33,663 nucleotides of DNA from the IMG/VR virus record IMGVR_UViG_3300045988_122351, positions 1-33,663 of that record, one strand, 5' to 3'. The DNA is from a virus. Taxonomy: Duplodnaviria > Heunggongvirae > Uroviricota > Caudoviricetes. Positions 9,414-18,352 of the stretch are shown one piece after another. The notes beneath the pieces were generated by a model, which worked only from the letters and a program-made list of their open reading frames with translations, did no database searches and had not been told where the DNA came from. The position numbers and the translations under genes were made by a program. How positions within the stretch are numbered: the stretch's first letter is position 1; every line of letters begins with the position of its first letter.

Positions 9414-9429
9414 AGCAGACTGTCAGATT
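9414..9429. repeat. Site C: agcagactgtcagatt, inverted copy of the site A/B core
   Basis: Reverse complement aatctgacagtctgct equals 6980..6995 exactly; with site B it brackets a 105-bp segment. Confidence 0.7.
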
Positions 9430-9481
9430 AGGCTTTACTCTGTGCTATAGATACGTTAGCTCACTCCAGAGATCATACAAC

Positions 9482-10009
9482 TTATTGCGGCATTTCCGGC
9501 CATTCAGGATTTGCAGGATCCACACGGCTGACCAGAACACTGTAGCGTTCCCATGCTTCCAGTCGGCTACGCTCCTCATCTGTTGCCATATTCAGTCTGA
9601 CAGAGCGTTCCAGTGGCTGAATGATAGTTTCAGCTTCGGAAAGCAAAGCTGACTTCTGTAATTCCGCCAGTTGCAGCTGTTCGTCTGCCGTATAAATCCG
9701 CTTAATCACGGCACCATCCTTAAACATCCATTTACCTGAGTCATCAGCACGTCGGTTGGCGGTAATATCAGGAACCTCGACAACGCTAAAACCTTCAGGG
9801 TTGAGCGTTGAAGCATCTCTGGTGATGCCGACAATTATATTATTCTCATCGTAAACAATCTTTATCGTGTCTTCCTGAAAATTACTTACTTCCTCATACC
9901 AGTTTTTTCCCTCTTCGGACCATAACCAGATAACATCAAAATTTTTTGTCAGTTGATATTGGGCAACAGTTTTTGGATTACCCGCAGTAATATTTTTTAA
10001 ATGCTGCAT
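9482..10009 (-). CDS. G: Tail fiber assembly protein G (175 aa)
   Basis: 175-aa ORF immediately downstream of H; length and position as in P2. Confidence 0.8.
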   Translation of the reverse strand: MQHLKNITAGNPKTVAQYQLTKNFDVIWLWSEEGKNWYEEVSNFQEDTIKIVYDENNIIVGITRDASTLNPEGFSVVEVPDITANRRADDSGKWMFKDGAVIKRIYTADEQLQLAELQKSALLSEAETIIQPLERSVRLNMATDEERSRLEAWERYSVLVSRVDPANPEWPEMPQ

Positions 10010-10012
10010 AAA

Positions 10013-12748
10013 TTACACCTGTGCGACGTTATACCATGTGCCATTGATGTATTTTTGTATTGGTCTGAATACTGCGGGGTCATCACCATCGACTTCACCG
10101 ACAATACCAAGCCCGGTAATTACGTGCCCTGCTTTCTCATACATCACCCCTTTCTGCATGGTCTGGACAACACGTGTGCCAAGTCTGACATCTCTCACAT
10201 AGCGGGAATCAAAGTTACCGTAATCCGAGGGATTAACACGCCCCGTAATATTTATGGTTTTATTACTTTGAACGCTTCCGGAGACAAAGCGCATAACATG
10301 GACGCTATTAGCATAAACATCCAGATTACCATCACCATTTTGTTTAAAGCCCGTGTCATTATCACCCAAAACAATCGAATTACCGCCAAGAGCACTGGAT
10401 GTTCCTATACCCAGAGCACCATTCAATTGACCACCAGATAACGGCAGTGCACCGACATCTCCCGCTGTAGGTTTTCGCGTTGTGGTATAAAACTCAGACC
10501 AGTCAGCCTCGAATCCGTAACCGTCACGAGCAGAACGATAAAAAATACCACCGTTCTTATAATTAACGCGAAACTGGGCGGCGGGACAACTTCCTTCCCC
10601 GATATTAAAATGAAGAATTAACGTTGATGCCCCACCAATAGTTGCGTTATAGGCTCCGCTACTCCAGTTCCATCCAACGGCTTTATCATTCGCAACGGTG
10701 TCTCCTGTTTTTCCTGAAGCAAATGCACCAATACTTTTCGGCGTCAGGTTAATATCTGATGTTCCATCAAACGAAACGTTATTAATTTTACGGGCTGTTT
10801 TCAGCTTTGTTGCTGTCGCCGCATTGCCGGACAGTTCACCAGAAAGGCCAGCACTGAATGTCTGTTTCGCGCCCCATGTCTGGGCTTCGTCAATGATTGG
10901 TACTCGTCTTGTTGTGATCGTGCGGCCTCCCGGATTTCCTGAAATGCGCACCATAAAAAAGCGGTAGTTGGCTTTACTTACAGTGCTGCGCCATACATGC
11001 ATTGAGCGCCCCGAACCAGAATCATCACTCGGACCGACTGAGATGTTTATCAGGTTGCCATCAATGACGCCCCAGTCCATACCGTCGGGAATGTTGGTCA
11101 TATTATCAAGCCGAACGGTTATCAGACTGCCCGGCACAAAATCGTAGGTCTGCCAGTCCAGACTGGATAGTTTTGCCACTGCGCCACCGATGCCCAGATT
11201 CAGAGGCAACGAAAAGGAGTTATATACTTCTCGCCATTCGGTCCATTTGCTCCCGGCATAGACGCGCTCAAAAGTGCGCCCCTGTGTGGTTTCTGATTTC
11301 CCTGTGGTTGTGTAACGCTGCCAGACAGATACACCATCAAAACGCCTGATTACTTCCAGTATTCCAAGCAGTGTCGCTCCAGCGGTATCCTGCATTGGAC
11401 CGTTTGACGCCTTCCCTGTAACGCTGTAAATGCCTGGCGAAGTCAGATCATTCAAATCACCTTCGTAATAACGACATTCTGACTGATGGCCTACTCTTGA
11501 CCACGGCTCCCACTGTGGGTTCTGTGCATTCCATATAGCAGAAAGGCAGCGAACATATACGTTCCCACGGCGGGTCGTATAGCGTTGCGTGCGTGAGTAC
11601 CCACCACCCTCAAGAACTTCAAGGAATCCCTGACCATAACTTCCTTCTTCCGGATAGTTGCGGTCAAATGAAGCGATAGTGCCACTACTGTTTCGCCATA
11701 AACCAAGATGCTCTGCGCCTCCTAGCGTGTTCAGGTCAATAGTTGTGCTCAGGGGGCGTGTTGCAGACTGAATCTGACGCCAGTAGATCCACGGACCGTC
11801 TGAGCCATTCCAGGTGCCAGAAAGATTACGCATATAAACATTGCCAGTTCTGGTGGTATAACGCTGCATTCCGGAAAAATTACCGCCATTGAATACCTCA
11901 AGAACACCGACTGCACCGTCTTCAGGGAAATTTTTCTCCAGTGTTGCGTTGGAGGATGTGGATTTATACCAGACACCCACATAAGCCTTAACTGGACCAA
12001 ATGTATTGAGATCAGCATCAACCGGCATTTCGCCGTTGTTTTTCATAAACGTCAGGCTGGTAACACCAATATTGTCCAGAAAAGCTGATTTATCCTGGAT
12101 ATCTGCACCGTTCTGATTTTTCGCCAGACGTGAATTTGCGTTGTCATTTGCTGCCTTGACCGCTTTTGGCGTTGCCGCCAGCTCTTCACTGGTGCTGTTT
12201 GTTGCACTGCTTAACTGAGTAAAACCTTTTTCTGTCAGCGTGGCGTCAGGATGGCGGCGGGACTGCTCATGCTCTGCGATTTTGTCATCGACGTAATCCT
12301 GCGTCGCCATCACTGTGCTGGCATCAATACTCAGCTCAACGGACGCCACGTTGCTGAGAATAATAACCATGCGGCAGGTCTGCGCACGTCCGGAGCCTTC
12401 AGCCAGTTCTGGCTTATAGCTTTCAGCCATGTTGGATACCGCAATCAGTGTTCCGGCATCGTCATACAGACCAAGCTCACGCATCCAGAAGCCGCCCACT
12501 TCGGGCGGTACAACCAGTTCAGCCACAATATAGTTTTTATTCTTATTATCCACACTGACTTTATTCAGAGCGTGACGCCAGACCTCATGCACCAGTTTCG
12601 TCTGACCGGCATCCGGCACCGGTAATTTGCCATTACCGTCACCCACGGCCATTGCAGACAGGTTTACTTTTTTCCCGCCGGGGACAGTGGCGGCTGCCAG
12701 CTTTGCGGCTCCGGCAGTAGTGATAACGGTTTTAAATTTCGTGCTCAT
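10013..12748 (-). CDS. H: Tail fiber protein H, extended variant (911 aa)
   Basis: N-terminus MSTKFKTVITTAGAAKLAAA... is P2 H-like; three tandem repeats of about 85 aa in the middle; divergent C-terminus. Confidence 0.85.
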   Translation of the reverse strand: MSTKFKTVITTAGAAKLAAATVPGGKKVNLSAMAVGDGNGKLPVPDAGQTKLVHEVWRHALNKVSVDNKNKNYIVAELVVPPEVGGFWMRELGLYDDAGTLIAVSNMAESYKPELAEGSGRAQTCRMVIILSNVASVELSIDASTVMATQDYVDDKIAEHEQSRRHPDATLTEKGFTQLSSATNSTSEELAATPKAVKAANDNANSRLAKNQNGADIQDKSAFLDNIGVTSLTFMKNNGEMPVDADLNTFGPVKAYVGVWYKSTSSNATLEKNFPEDGAVGVLEVFNGGNFSGMQRYTTRTGNVYMRNLSGTWNGSDGPWIYWRQIQSATRPLSTTIDLNTLGGAEHLGLWRNSSGTIASFDRNYPEEGSYGQGFLEVLEGGGYSRTQRYTTRRGNVYVRCLSAIWNAQNPQWEPWSRVGHQSECRYYEGDLNDLTSPGIYSVTGKASNGPMQDTAGATLLGILEVIRRFDGVSVWQRYTTTGKSETTQGRTFERVYAGSKWTEWREVYNSFSLPLNLGIGGAVAKLSSLDWQTYDFVPGSLITVRLDNMTNIPDGMDWGVIDGNLINISVGPSDDSGSGRSMHVWRSTVSKANYRFFMVRISGNPGGRTITTRRVPIIDEAQTWGAKQTFSAGLSGELSGNAATATKLKTARKINNVSFDGTSDINLTPKSIGAFASGKTGDTVANDKAVGWNWSSGAYNATIGGASTLILHFNIGEGSCPAAQFRVNYKNGGIFYRSARDGYGFEADWSEFYTTTRKPTAGDVGALPLSGGQLNGALGIGTSSALGGNSIVLGDNDTGFKQNGDGNLDVYANSVHVMRFVSGSVQSNKTINITGRVNPSDYGNFDSRYVRDVRLGTRVVQTMQKGVMYEKAGHVITGLGIVGEVDGDDPAVFRPIQKYINGTWYNVAQV

Positions 12749-12758
12749 TGTTTCTCAC

Positions 12759-13289
12759 TTATCCGGGATAAACAGTAATAACATCACCATCACAGACCAC
12801 ACCGCCTGTATACAGGTAGCCGGGAATGTCCTGGGTAATGTTCAGACCAATAAGGTGACGGCTTGCGGGTTTGGCATCAGCAATCAGTCGCTCCATTTCC
12901 AGATACATTTCCTCTGTGATGCCGCTTTCCAGTACACCAATATCGAGCCGGAAGGTGCCGGGCGGGTCATTGTTTTCCCACCACTCCGTCACATTGATGA
13001 GATAGCCGAGCGGCTCCACCACACGCCGGATTGCGCCGACAGTGCCTTTATGACAGTGGATGAAATAGGCATCGCGGATAACGGCGCGTTTTGTCGCTTC
13101 CGGCCACTTTTCATCCCACCTGTCGACCGAAAACGCCCACGCCAGCCACGGCAGCAGATTTGCCGGACAGGTGTCCGGGTTCCACAGCTCACGAATACTG
13201 ACCGGCGTTTTTTCAATTTCCGCACAGGCTTTTGCAGCGGCGACTTCAAGCGGTGATGAGCCGGTCGGCAGCAGTCGCGAATCACTCAT
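12759..13289 (-). CDS. I: Baseplate protein I (176 aa)
   Basis: 176-aa ORF between J and H. Confidence 0.8.
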   Translation of the reverse strand: MSDSRLLPTGSSPLEVAAAKACAEIEKTPVSIRELWNPDTCPANLLPWLAWAFSVDRWDEKWPEATKRAVIRDAYFIHCHKGTVGAIRRVVEPLGYLINVTEWWENNDPPGTFRLDIGVLESGITEEMYLEMERLIADAKPASRHLIGLNITQDIPGYLYTGGVVCDGDVITVYPG

Positions 13290-14190
13290 CCGAGCCTCCG
13301 GTCACGACGCGGTATTCGGTACAGAAAGACGCCTGCGTGCTGTTAAGCACGATATCGGCCAGCGGTGCAGCCAGTTCGACACGCTGCACGCCTTCCACAT
13401 GCAAAGCGGCATAAATGGCAGACAGACGGATGTCGCGCCCCAGCCGGTGCTGTGCCGTGATGTACGCTTCCAGTTTTTTCACTGCAGCAGCGCGAATTGG
13501 TTCGCTTTCGGGACCAGGGTAAAGGTAAAGCGTGGCGTTTATCTGGTATTCAACGATGGCGGCAGACTGCACGGTCACGCGGTCGGCCACCGGTCTGACG
13601 TCCTCGCCATTAAGGGCGTTACGCACCACCGCCAGCAGGTCTTCGGAAGCGACACCGTTATTTTCACGTGACAGCACAGAGATGGTGACACAGGCCGGAG
13701 ACGGACTGGTGACAGAGATATCCGCGACACGCCCGTCGGCACTGCGGCCATGATACTGATAGGCACCCACCGACCCGGCGACGCTTAAACCTTCAAACGC
13801 CTGCTGAATACGCAGACGATAATCAGTGTCAGATTCCATTACTGCCGGTGTCGGCGGGATGGTCGAATCATCTGCTGGGGTGATAATCAGGCGCGTGGTA
13901 TTGTAATTGGCACCAATCACATCAAGGTCATTACCGGCGGCACTGGCCAGCATCACCGCCCGTGCGGCCTCATTCACACGCTGACGCCAGATAAGCTCAC
14001 GATAAGCATTTTCCTCCAGCAGTTTGACGAGAGGTTCGGATTCCAGCGTCAGGGTATGGGCGACCGCCTCCTGCTGGTCTTCCGGGTAAAGGGAAATCAG
14101 TGTCGCCTTGCGTTCGGCAAGAATGGTTTCAAAGTCCAGCTCCTCGACCACATCCGGTGCGGGTAGCTGGTTCAGGTCGATAATCGGCAT
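13282..14190 (-). CDS. J: Baseplate protein J (302 aa)
   Basis: 302-aa ORF between W and I. Confidence 0.85.
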   Translation of the reverse strand: MPIIDLNQLPAPDVVEELDFETILAERKATLISLYPEDQQEAVAHTLTLESEPLVKLLEENAYRELIWRQRVNEAARAVMLASAAGNDLDVIGANYNTTRLIITPADDSTIPPTPAVMESDTDYRLRIQQAFEGLSVAGSVGAYQYHGRSADGRVADISVTSPSPACVTISVLSRENNGVASEDLLAVVRNALNGEDVRPVADRVTVQSAAIVEYQINATLYLYPGPESEPIRAAAVKKLEAYITAQHRLGRDIRLSAIYAALHVEGVQRVELAAPLADIVLNSTQASFCTEYRVVTGGSDE

Positions 14191-14194
14191 GGTT

Positions 14195-14542
14195 TCAACT
14201 CACAGGGATGGTTAACGAAAGTGGCTGGCCGGTGTCGTTGTGCTGACCGGTTAACGTGACCGTCATTCGCCCGTCAAAACTGCGCTCAGTGGTGACGGAT
14301 GACAGGGTGACGCGGGGTTCCCATTTCAGCACCGCCATGTAACAGGCGACCTTAATCTGCAACTCAAGCGCCGGAGTCTGCGGCTGGTCAATCATTGACG
14401 CCAGCAACGAGCCGTAATCACGACGCATCACCCGCGAGCCGACCGGTGTGCGCAGGATATCGCCGATACTCTGGCTGATATGCTCAAGGTCAGTGACAGT
14501 CAGGCCATCACTGCGATTCATTCCGAGATAACGCGCAGTCAT
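14195..14542 (-). CDS. W: Baseplate protein W (115 aa)
   Basis: 115-aa ORF between V and J. Confidence 0.8.
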   Translation of the reverse strand: MTARYLGMNRSDGLTVTDLEHISQSIGDILRTPVGSRVMRRDYGSLLASMIDQPQTPALELQIKVACYMAVLKWEPRVTLSSVTTERSFDGRMTVTLTGQHNDTGQPLSLTIPVS

Positions 14543-15174
14543 AGAGGTCCCCCGGTTGTGCCGCCGCTGTCGCCGGGGTGTTTATGGGTATGCAGTACCT
14601 TACCGTTTGATGAGAGTTCACCGCCGGTGTGTTCAATGTTGCCGCGCATCGTCCCGCCCTTCTGTACTTCCAGCGTGCCGGTAATCAGTCTGTTGGTGCA
14701 GACCACCTCCGGGGTGTCCAGGGTGATGCGGGTTGACGCTTTCACCATGACTACCGGCACCGTGGCGGTAACAGAATCAGAAGCCGTCACGCTGGCCGTT
14801 TTAATTCCGCTTACCATCAGTGCACTGGTTTCAGGTTCATACTCAATCACCGCCCCGTCAGGGAAACGTATGTGCAGGGCATCCGCCGACGCAGACGGCG
14901 GAGGGTTATCGCCGGAATAAATCCCCGGCAGAACGAACGCCGTGTCGAGTTCACCGCCCACGGCCAGAATCAGCACCTGTTCCCCCACGGAAGGTGCCCA
15001 CCATGTGCGTGAACGTCCGGCACGATGGGTCAGCCACTGAAGCCAGTCGGTGCACATGCCGCCGGTCTGCACACGGCAGCGACCGGCGTTAAGGTCGGTT
15101 TCGACGATAATGCCGGGGCGTATCATGTTGCGCAGTGCGCGCGCGAGTTCCTGGATATTTGCGAGTGTTTTCAT
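14539..15174 (-). CDS. V: Baseplate spike protein V (211 aa)
   Basis: ORF 14539..15210; start set at internal Met (MKTLANIQELARALRNM...) to give 211 aa; cat at 15172..15174. Confidence 0.8.
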   Translation of the reverse strand: MKTLANIQELARALRNMIRPGIIVETDLNAGRCRVQTGGMCTDWLQWLTHRAGRSRTWWAPSVGEQVLILAVGGELDTAFVLPGIYSGDNPPPSASADALHIRFPDGAVIEYEPETSALMVSGIKTASVTASDSVTATVPVVMVKASTRITLDTPEVVCTNRLITGTLEVQKGGTMRGNIEHTGGELSSNGKVLHTHKHPGDSGGTTGGPL

Positions 15175-15307
15175 AAGATCTAGCATGCTGCTGAGAACTG
15201 ATGAGAACAATAAAAGAGTGTTTTTCTAAGGTTGACACAACACTCCATTTGAAGTGAATATAATGATTACTTAACTGGCAAAAAAACATCCTCACTAATT
15301 GGAGCCA

Positions 15308-16399
15308 ATGGATACACGCATGTCAGACATTCTAATTACTTATGATGAACGGAAAGATAAATTTGAGTCCTATGCCCTTACTCTTAAATCGTTATTAACC
15401 ACGTTAATTCGCAATGAAAAAATTTCAATTCACTCACTTGAATCAAGAGTTAAAACAAAAAAAAGCCTTGAAGGTAAGATTAATAAAAAGGGAAAATACA
15501 AGTCTATAGATGATATTACTGATATCGTTGGTATCAGGATCATCACACATTATGCTGATGATGTTGATAAGATAGCTGCTATAGTTGAAAAGGAGTTCAC
15601 CATTGACCAAGAGAACTCTATTGATAAAAGAACCTCAATTGCGCCTGATAAATTTGGTTACCTATCACTTCATTATATAGTAACTTTAAACTCAACCAGA
15701 ACAAACTTAAAAGAATATGAAGTATATAAAAACATCAAAGCCGAATTACAAATACGATCAATCCTTCAGCATGCCTGGGCGGAGATTGAACACGACATTG
15801 GTTATAAGTCGGCCACAGGACTGCCTAATGAAATAAGAAGATACTTTTCACGCTTAGCTGGTCTTTTAGAAATGGCCGATGATGAATTTATTAAAATCAG
15901 AAAAAAGATTTCTGAACGGCAGAAAGAGGTTGCAAAAGAACTAGAGCAAGGAACTAGTGATTCAGTTTTAGATATTTTCACTTTGGATGAGTTCTTAAAC
16001 ACAAGTCGAATTATGAGTGAACTTTCAGAAGAGATAAAAGAAAAAACAGGAATCACAGTACATGGCCGATACAAGGATAAAGATTTGGGATACCTACTAA
16101 ATGGTTTAAACCTAGCCAACATAACTACAATAGAACAACTCAATCAAAAACTCTCACAAATGAAAAAGCAGATCGTAGATAGAATATTCTGCTTCGGAGA
16201 ACCATTTATTAATTATTGCAGAGAAACCCCCATGCCAAAAGAAGCTCTTTTGAGTTATTTATGTCAAATTATCGTTGCGTTTCAAAACTCACCTTCGTTA
16301 GAATCTGAATTTAATAACAAAGCAGGTTTAAATCTGAAAAACAGCAATATCTCCGATTTTTTCTCGAATATAAGAGAAAACATAAGCACACAACCTTAG
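15308..16399 (+). CDS. RelA/SpoT-family nucleotidyltransferase (small alarmone synthetase-like, toxSAS), probable single-gene CapRel-like fused toxin-antitoxin (about 363 aa)
   Basis: Synthetase motifs in order: SRVKTKKSLEGKI, DIVGIRIIT, FGYLSLHY, ELQIRSILQHAWAEIEHDIGYK; about 170-aa C-terminal extension; no room for a separate antitoxin gene. Start uncertain (TTG 15299, ATG 15308, ATG 15320). Confidence 0.75.
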   Translation: MDTRMSDILITYDERKDKFESYALTLKSLLTTLIRNEKISIHSLESRVKTKKSLEGKINKKGKYKSIDDITDIVGIRIITHYADDVDKIAAIVEKEFTIDQENSIDKRTSIAPDKFGYLSLHYIVTLNSTRTNLKEYEVYKNIKAELQIRSILQHAWAEIEHDIGYKSATGLPNEIRRYFSRLAGLLEMADDEFIKIRKKISERQKEVAKELEQGTSDSVLDIFTLDEFLNTSRIMSELSEEIKEKTGITVHGRYKDKDLGYLLNGLNLANITTIEQLNQKLSQMKKQIVDRIFCFGEPFINYCRETPMPKEALLSYLCQIIVAFQNSPSLESEFNNKAGLNLKNSNISDFFSNIRENISTQP

Positions 16400-16428
16400 C
16401 TTTAGTTTTAACGTATTCTAACAGAAGA

Positions 16429-16454
16429 CTGCTGCCGGTAAGCACCGGCAGCAG
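16429..16454. terminator. Perfect 11-bp hairpin between the toxSAS gene and S, possible bidirectional terminator
   Basis: ctgctgccggt (16429..16439) pairs with accggcagcag (16444..16454), loop aagc; no strong T-run on either side. Confidence 0.4.
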
Positions 16455-16479
16455 CGATGAGGTGTCGGGAATGGCACAA

Positions 16480-16932
16480 CTAACGCTCAAGGTGAGCCAG
16501 GATAATCTCTTCAATCATCTGCACATCCTCACCGGTAAAGCCGAGCAGAGGACGCGCCGGATAATCAATTTTCTTACCGTCTTTCCGGGTTTCTTCCGAC
16601 AGACCGAACTGATGCACACTGGCGATTTTCGGTGACTTTCCGCCGTAAAACTCCATTGATGCCTGTTCTGGGCTGGCGCGGATATGCAAAAAACGACTGG
16701 TGATAAGTTTCGCAAACATTTTTCGCTTAACACGACCGGTCTTTTTTCTGGCGCTCTGCTGCTGGCGTGGTGCGTAGGGTGTGCCGTCCGGGGCTTTCTG
16801 TGCCATCACCCGGCACTGCTGACTCTGCCGCAGATGTTTCGCCAGTTCGGTGCTCAGTCGCCGACGCCCTGATGGTGACAGTGATTCAATCAGCCCGGTC
16901 AGCCGGTCTTCAAAACGCTTAAACTCATTCAT
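16480..16932 (-). CDS. S: Tail completion protein S (150 aa)
   Basis: 150-aa ORF downstream of R. Confidence 0.8.
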   Translation of the reverse strand: MNEFKRFEDRLTGLIESLSPSGRRRLSTELAKHLRQSQQCRVMAQKAPDGTPYAPRQQQSARKKTGRVKRKMFAKLITSRFLHIRASPEQASMEFYGGKSPKIASVHQFGLSEETRKDGKKIDYPARPLLGFTGEDVQMIEEIILAHLER

Positions 16933-17392
16933 CCCACTTGCTCACCAGTTCGCCATTGATATAAAGCTCCATCGGGCGGGTGACCGGCTCCGGCGGCGGA
17001 GGTTCCGGGATATTCTTCACATGCAGTGCGCCGTCCACCTCACTGACCAGCGTGCGCTCGGTCAGCATCAGGCTGATGCTGATATCAAAGCTGCTGTCAT
17101 TGTTGATGTCCGCATAAAACGTGAAGCCCTTTTTCTGGCCTTCGTCGGTGGTCATGATGTCGGGCTGATTTTCCCGCAGCCACGCCAGCACCGGCACGAT
17201 GAGCAGGTCAAAATCACCGGTAAAGTCGGTCACAATGACATTGAGCGTGTAACGCTTTTCGAATGACAGCGACGTCGCCAGCGTGGAGGCAATACTCCCG
17301 TTATCCACGAATATCCGCAGCATCTCGGGACTGGTTTTCAGCACCGTGACGGCATCAGTCAGCGCCCTGCGCAGGCTGTCGGGTTTGAGCAT
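16925..17392 (-). CDS. R: Tail completion protein R (155 aa)
   Basis: 155-aa ORF between the lysis genes and S. Confidence 0.8.
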   Translation of the reverse strand: MLKPDSLRRALTDAVTVLKTSPEMLRIFVDNGSIASTLATSLSFEKRYTLNVIVTDFTGDFDLLIVPVLAWLRENQPDIMTTDEGQKKGFTFYADINNDSSFDISISLMLTERTLVSEVDGALHVKNIPEPPPPEPVTRPMELYINGELVSKWDE

Positions 17393-17645
17393 CGTTTTCG
17401 TCCTGACAGTGTTTAATCATTTTTACCTGGCTGGCACAGCGTGCCAGCGCGTTCTCAAGCAGCCGGATATCGGCACTTAAATCGCCGTTCTTCTGCGGGT
17501 CACTGCCCGGCATCGGGCAAAGACTCACTTTCGGGCAGGCGTTGTGGACAATCACTGGCGTCTGCGCAGGCCGGGCGCTGGTGCAACCGGCGCACAGCAT
17601 CAGGCAGGTCAGCACCGTACCAGCGGCGAAAATCTTCGTTTTCAT
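17355..17645 (-). CDS. lysC: LysC, Rz1-like outer-membrane spanin lipoprotein (96 aa), nested in lysB in another frame
   Basis: Within ORF 17355..17762; start at MKTKIFAAGTVLTCLMLCAGC (signal peptide with lipobox LCAGC); GAGG SD upstream; overlaps lysB and the R start. Confidence 0.7.
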   Translation of the reverse strand: MKTKIFAAGTVLTCLMLCAGCTSARPAQTPVIVHNACPKVSLCPMPGSDPQKNGDLSADIRLLENALARCASQVKMIKHCQDENDAQTRQPAQGAD

Positions 17646-17925
17646 TGAGTAACCTCGTGATGGTTTTCTCGCGCTGTGCTTCACGCTTCGCGGCGTTCTC
17701 CAGTTCCTGACGCAGTGCCACCTGCGCCAGCTCGTTTTTGTCTGCCCTGGTGATGGCAACATGAAGCTGATTTTTCAGCATGGTGATGGTCGTCTGCTGT
17801 TCACTGGCGACGTTATTCGCCCTGTCCAGCGAGGCGCGCAGGCTGGCATTTTTGTGTTTCACCAGAAACAGACCGGCCACCGCCAGCGATAACAACACGA
17901 CCAGCACAATCATCAGCTTTGACAT
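17500..17925 (-). CDS. lysB: LysB, Rz-like inner-membrane spanin (141 aa)
   Basis: N-terminal TM helix then charged coiled-coil-like region; 141 aa in the P2 lysB position. Confidence 0.8.
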   Translation of the reverse strand: MSKLMIVLVVLLSLAVAGLFLVKHKNASLRASLDRANNVASEQQTTITMLKNQLHVAITRADKNELAQVALRQELENAAKREAQREKTITRLLNENEDFRRWYGADLPDAVRRLHQRPACADASDCPQRLPESESLPDAGQ

Positions 17926-18338
17926 AGTTCCCGCCCCTCAAGACGCTGACGACAGGCTTTACGTATCAGCCGGAAAAACAGCGACGCCACAAGATAAATC
18001 AGCGCGGTAAAAATCCACCCGGCAGCGACCAGCGAGATAAACGTCGCCACCATCACCACCAGAGCCGCCGCCCGTCTGCGCCACGGCACCGACTGCAAAA
18101 ACAGCGACGTGACAATCTTCACGGCCAGCGATTCCGGCGGCAGCTCCCGCCCGTAGCGTTCCAGCACATACTCCGTGGCATACACGCCGACACCACCGGC
18201 AACCACACAGATAACCGTCGCCAGAATCGCCCAGGTGGCGACAAAACTGACGGCCACGCTCTGCGGGTAAATCAGGGACAGTGCCAGCATCAGCGCCAGC
18301 GACACGTTCAGCATCAGTGAAAGGGATAATTTCTTCAT
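17913..18338 (-). CDS. lysA: LysA, membrane protein of the lysis cassette (141 aa)
   Basis: 141-aa ORF with several hydrophobic helices immediately after K. Confidence 0.75.
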   Translation of the reverse strand: MKKLSLSLMLNVSLALMLALSLIYPQSVAVSFVATWAILATVICVVAGGVGVYATEYVLERYGRELPPESLAVKIVTSLFLQSVPWRRRAAALVVMVATFISLVAAGWIFTALIYLVASLFFRLIRKACRQRLEGRELCQS

Positions 18339-18352
18339 GGTGTTTACTCCGT

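Noticed and set aside
9061-9481. Type III toxin-antitoxin style tandem RNA repeats upstream of the 280-aa gene
   Set aside because: The repeats are not a regular tandem array of about 35-nt units and the downstream protein is not ToxN-sized; recombination sites fit better.
12627-13671. Plus-strand ORFs 12627..13256 and 13171..13671 overlapping H, I and J
   Set aside because: Antisense shadow ORFs across conserved baseplate genes.
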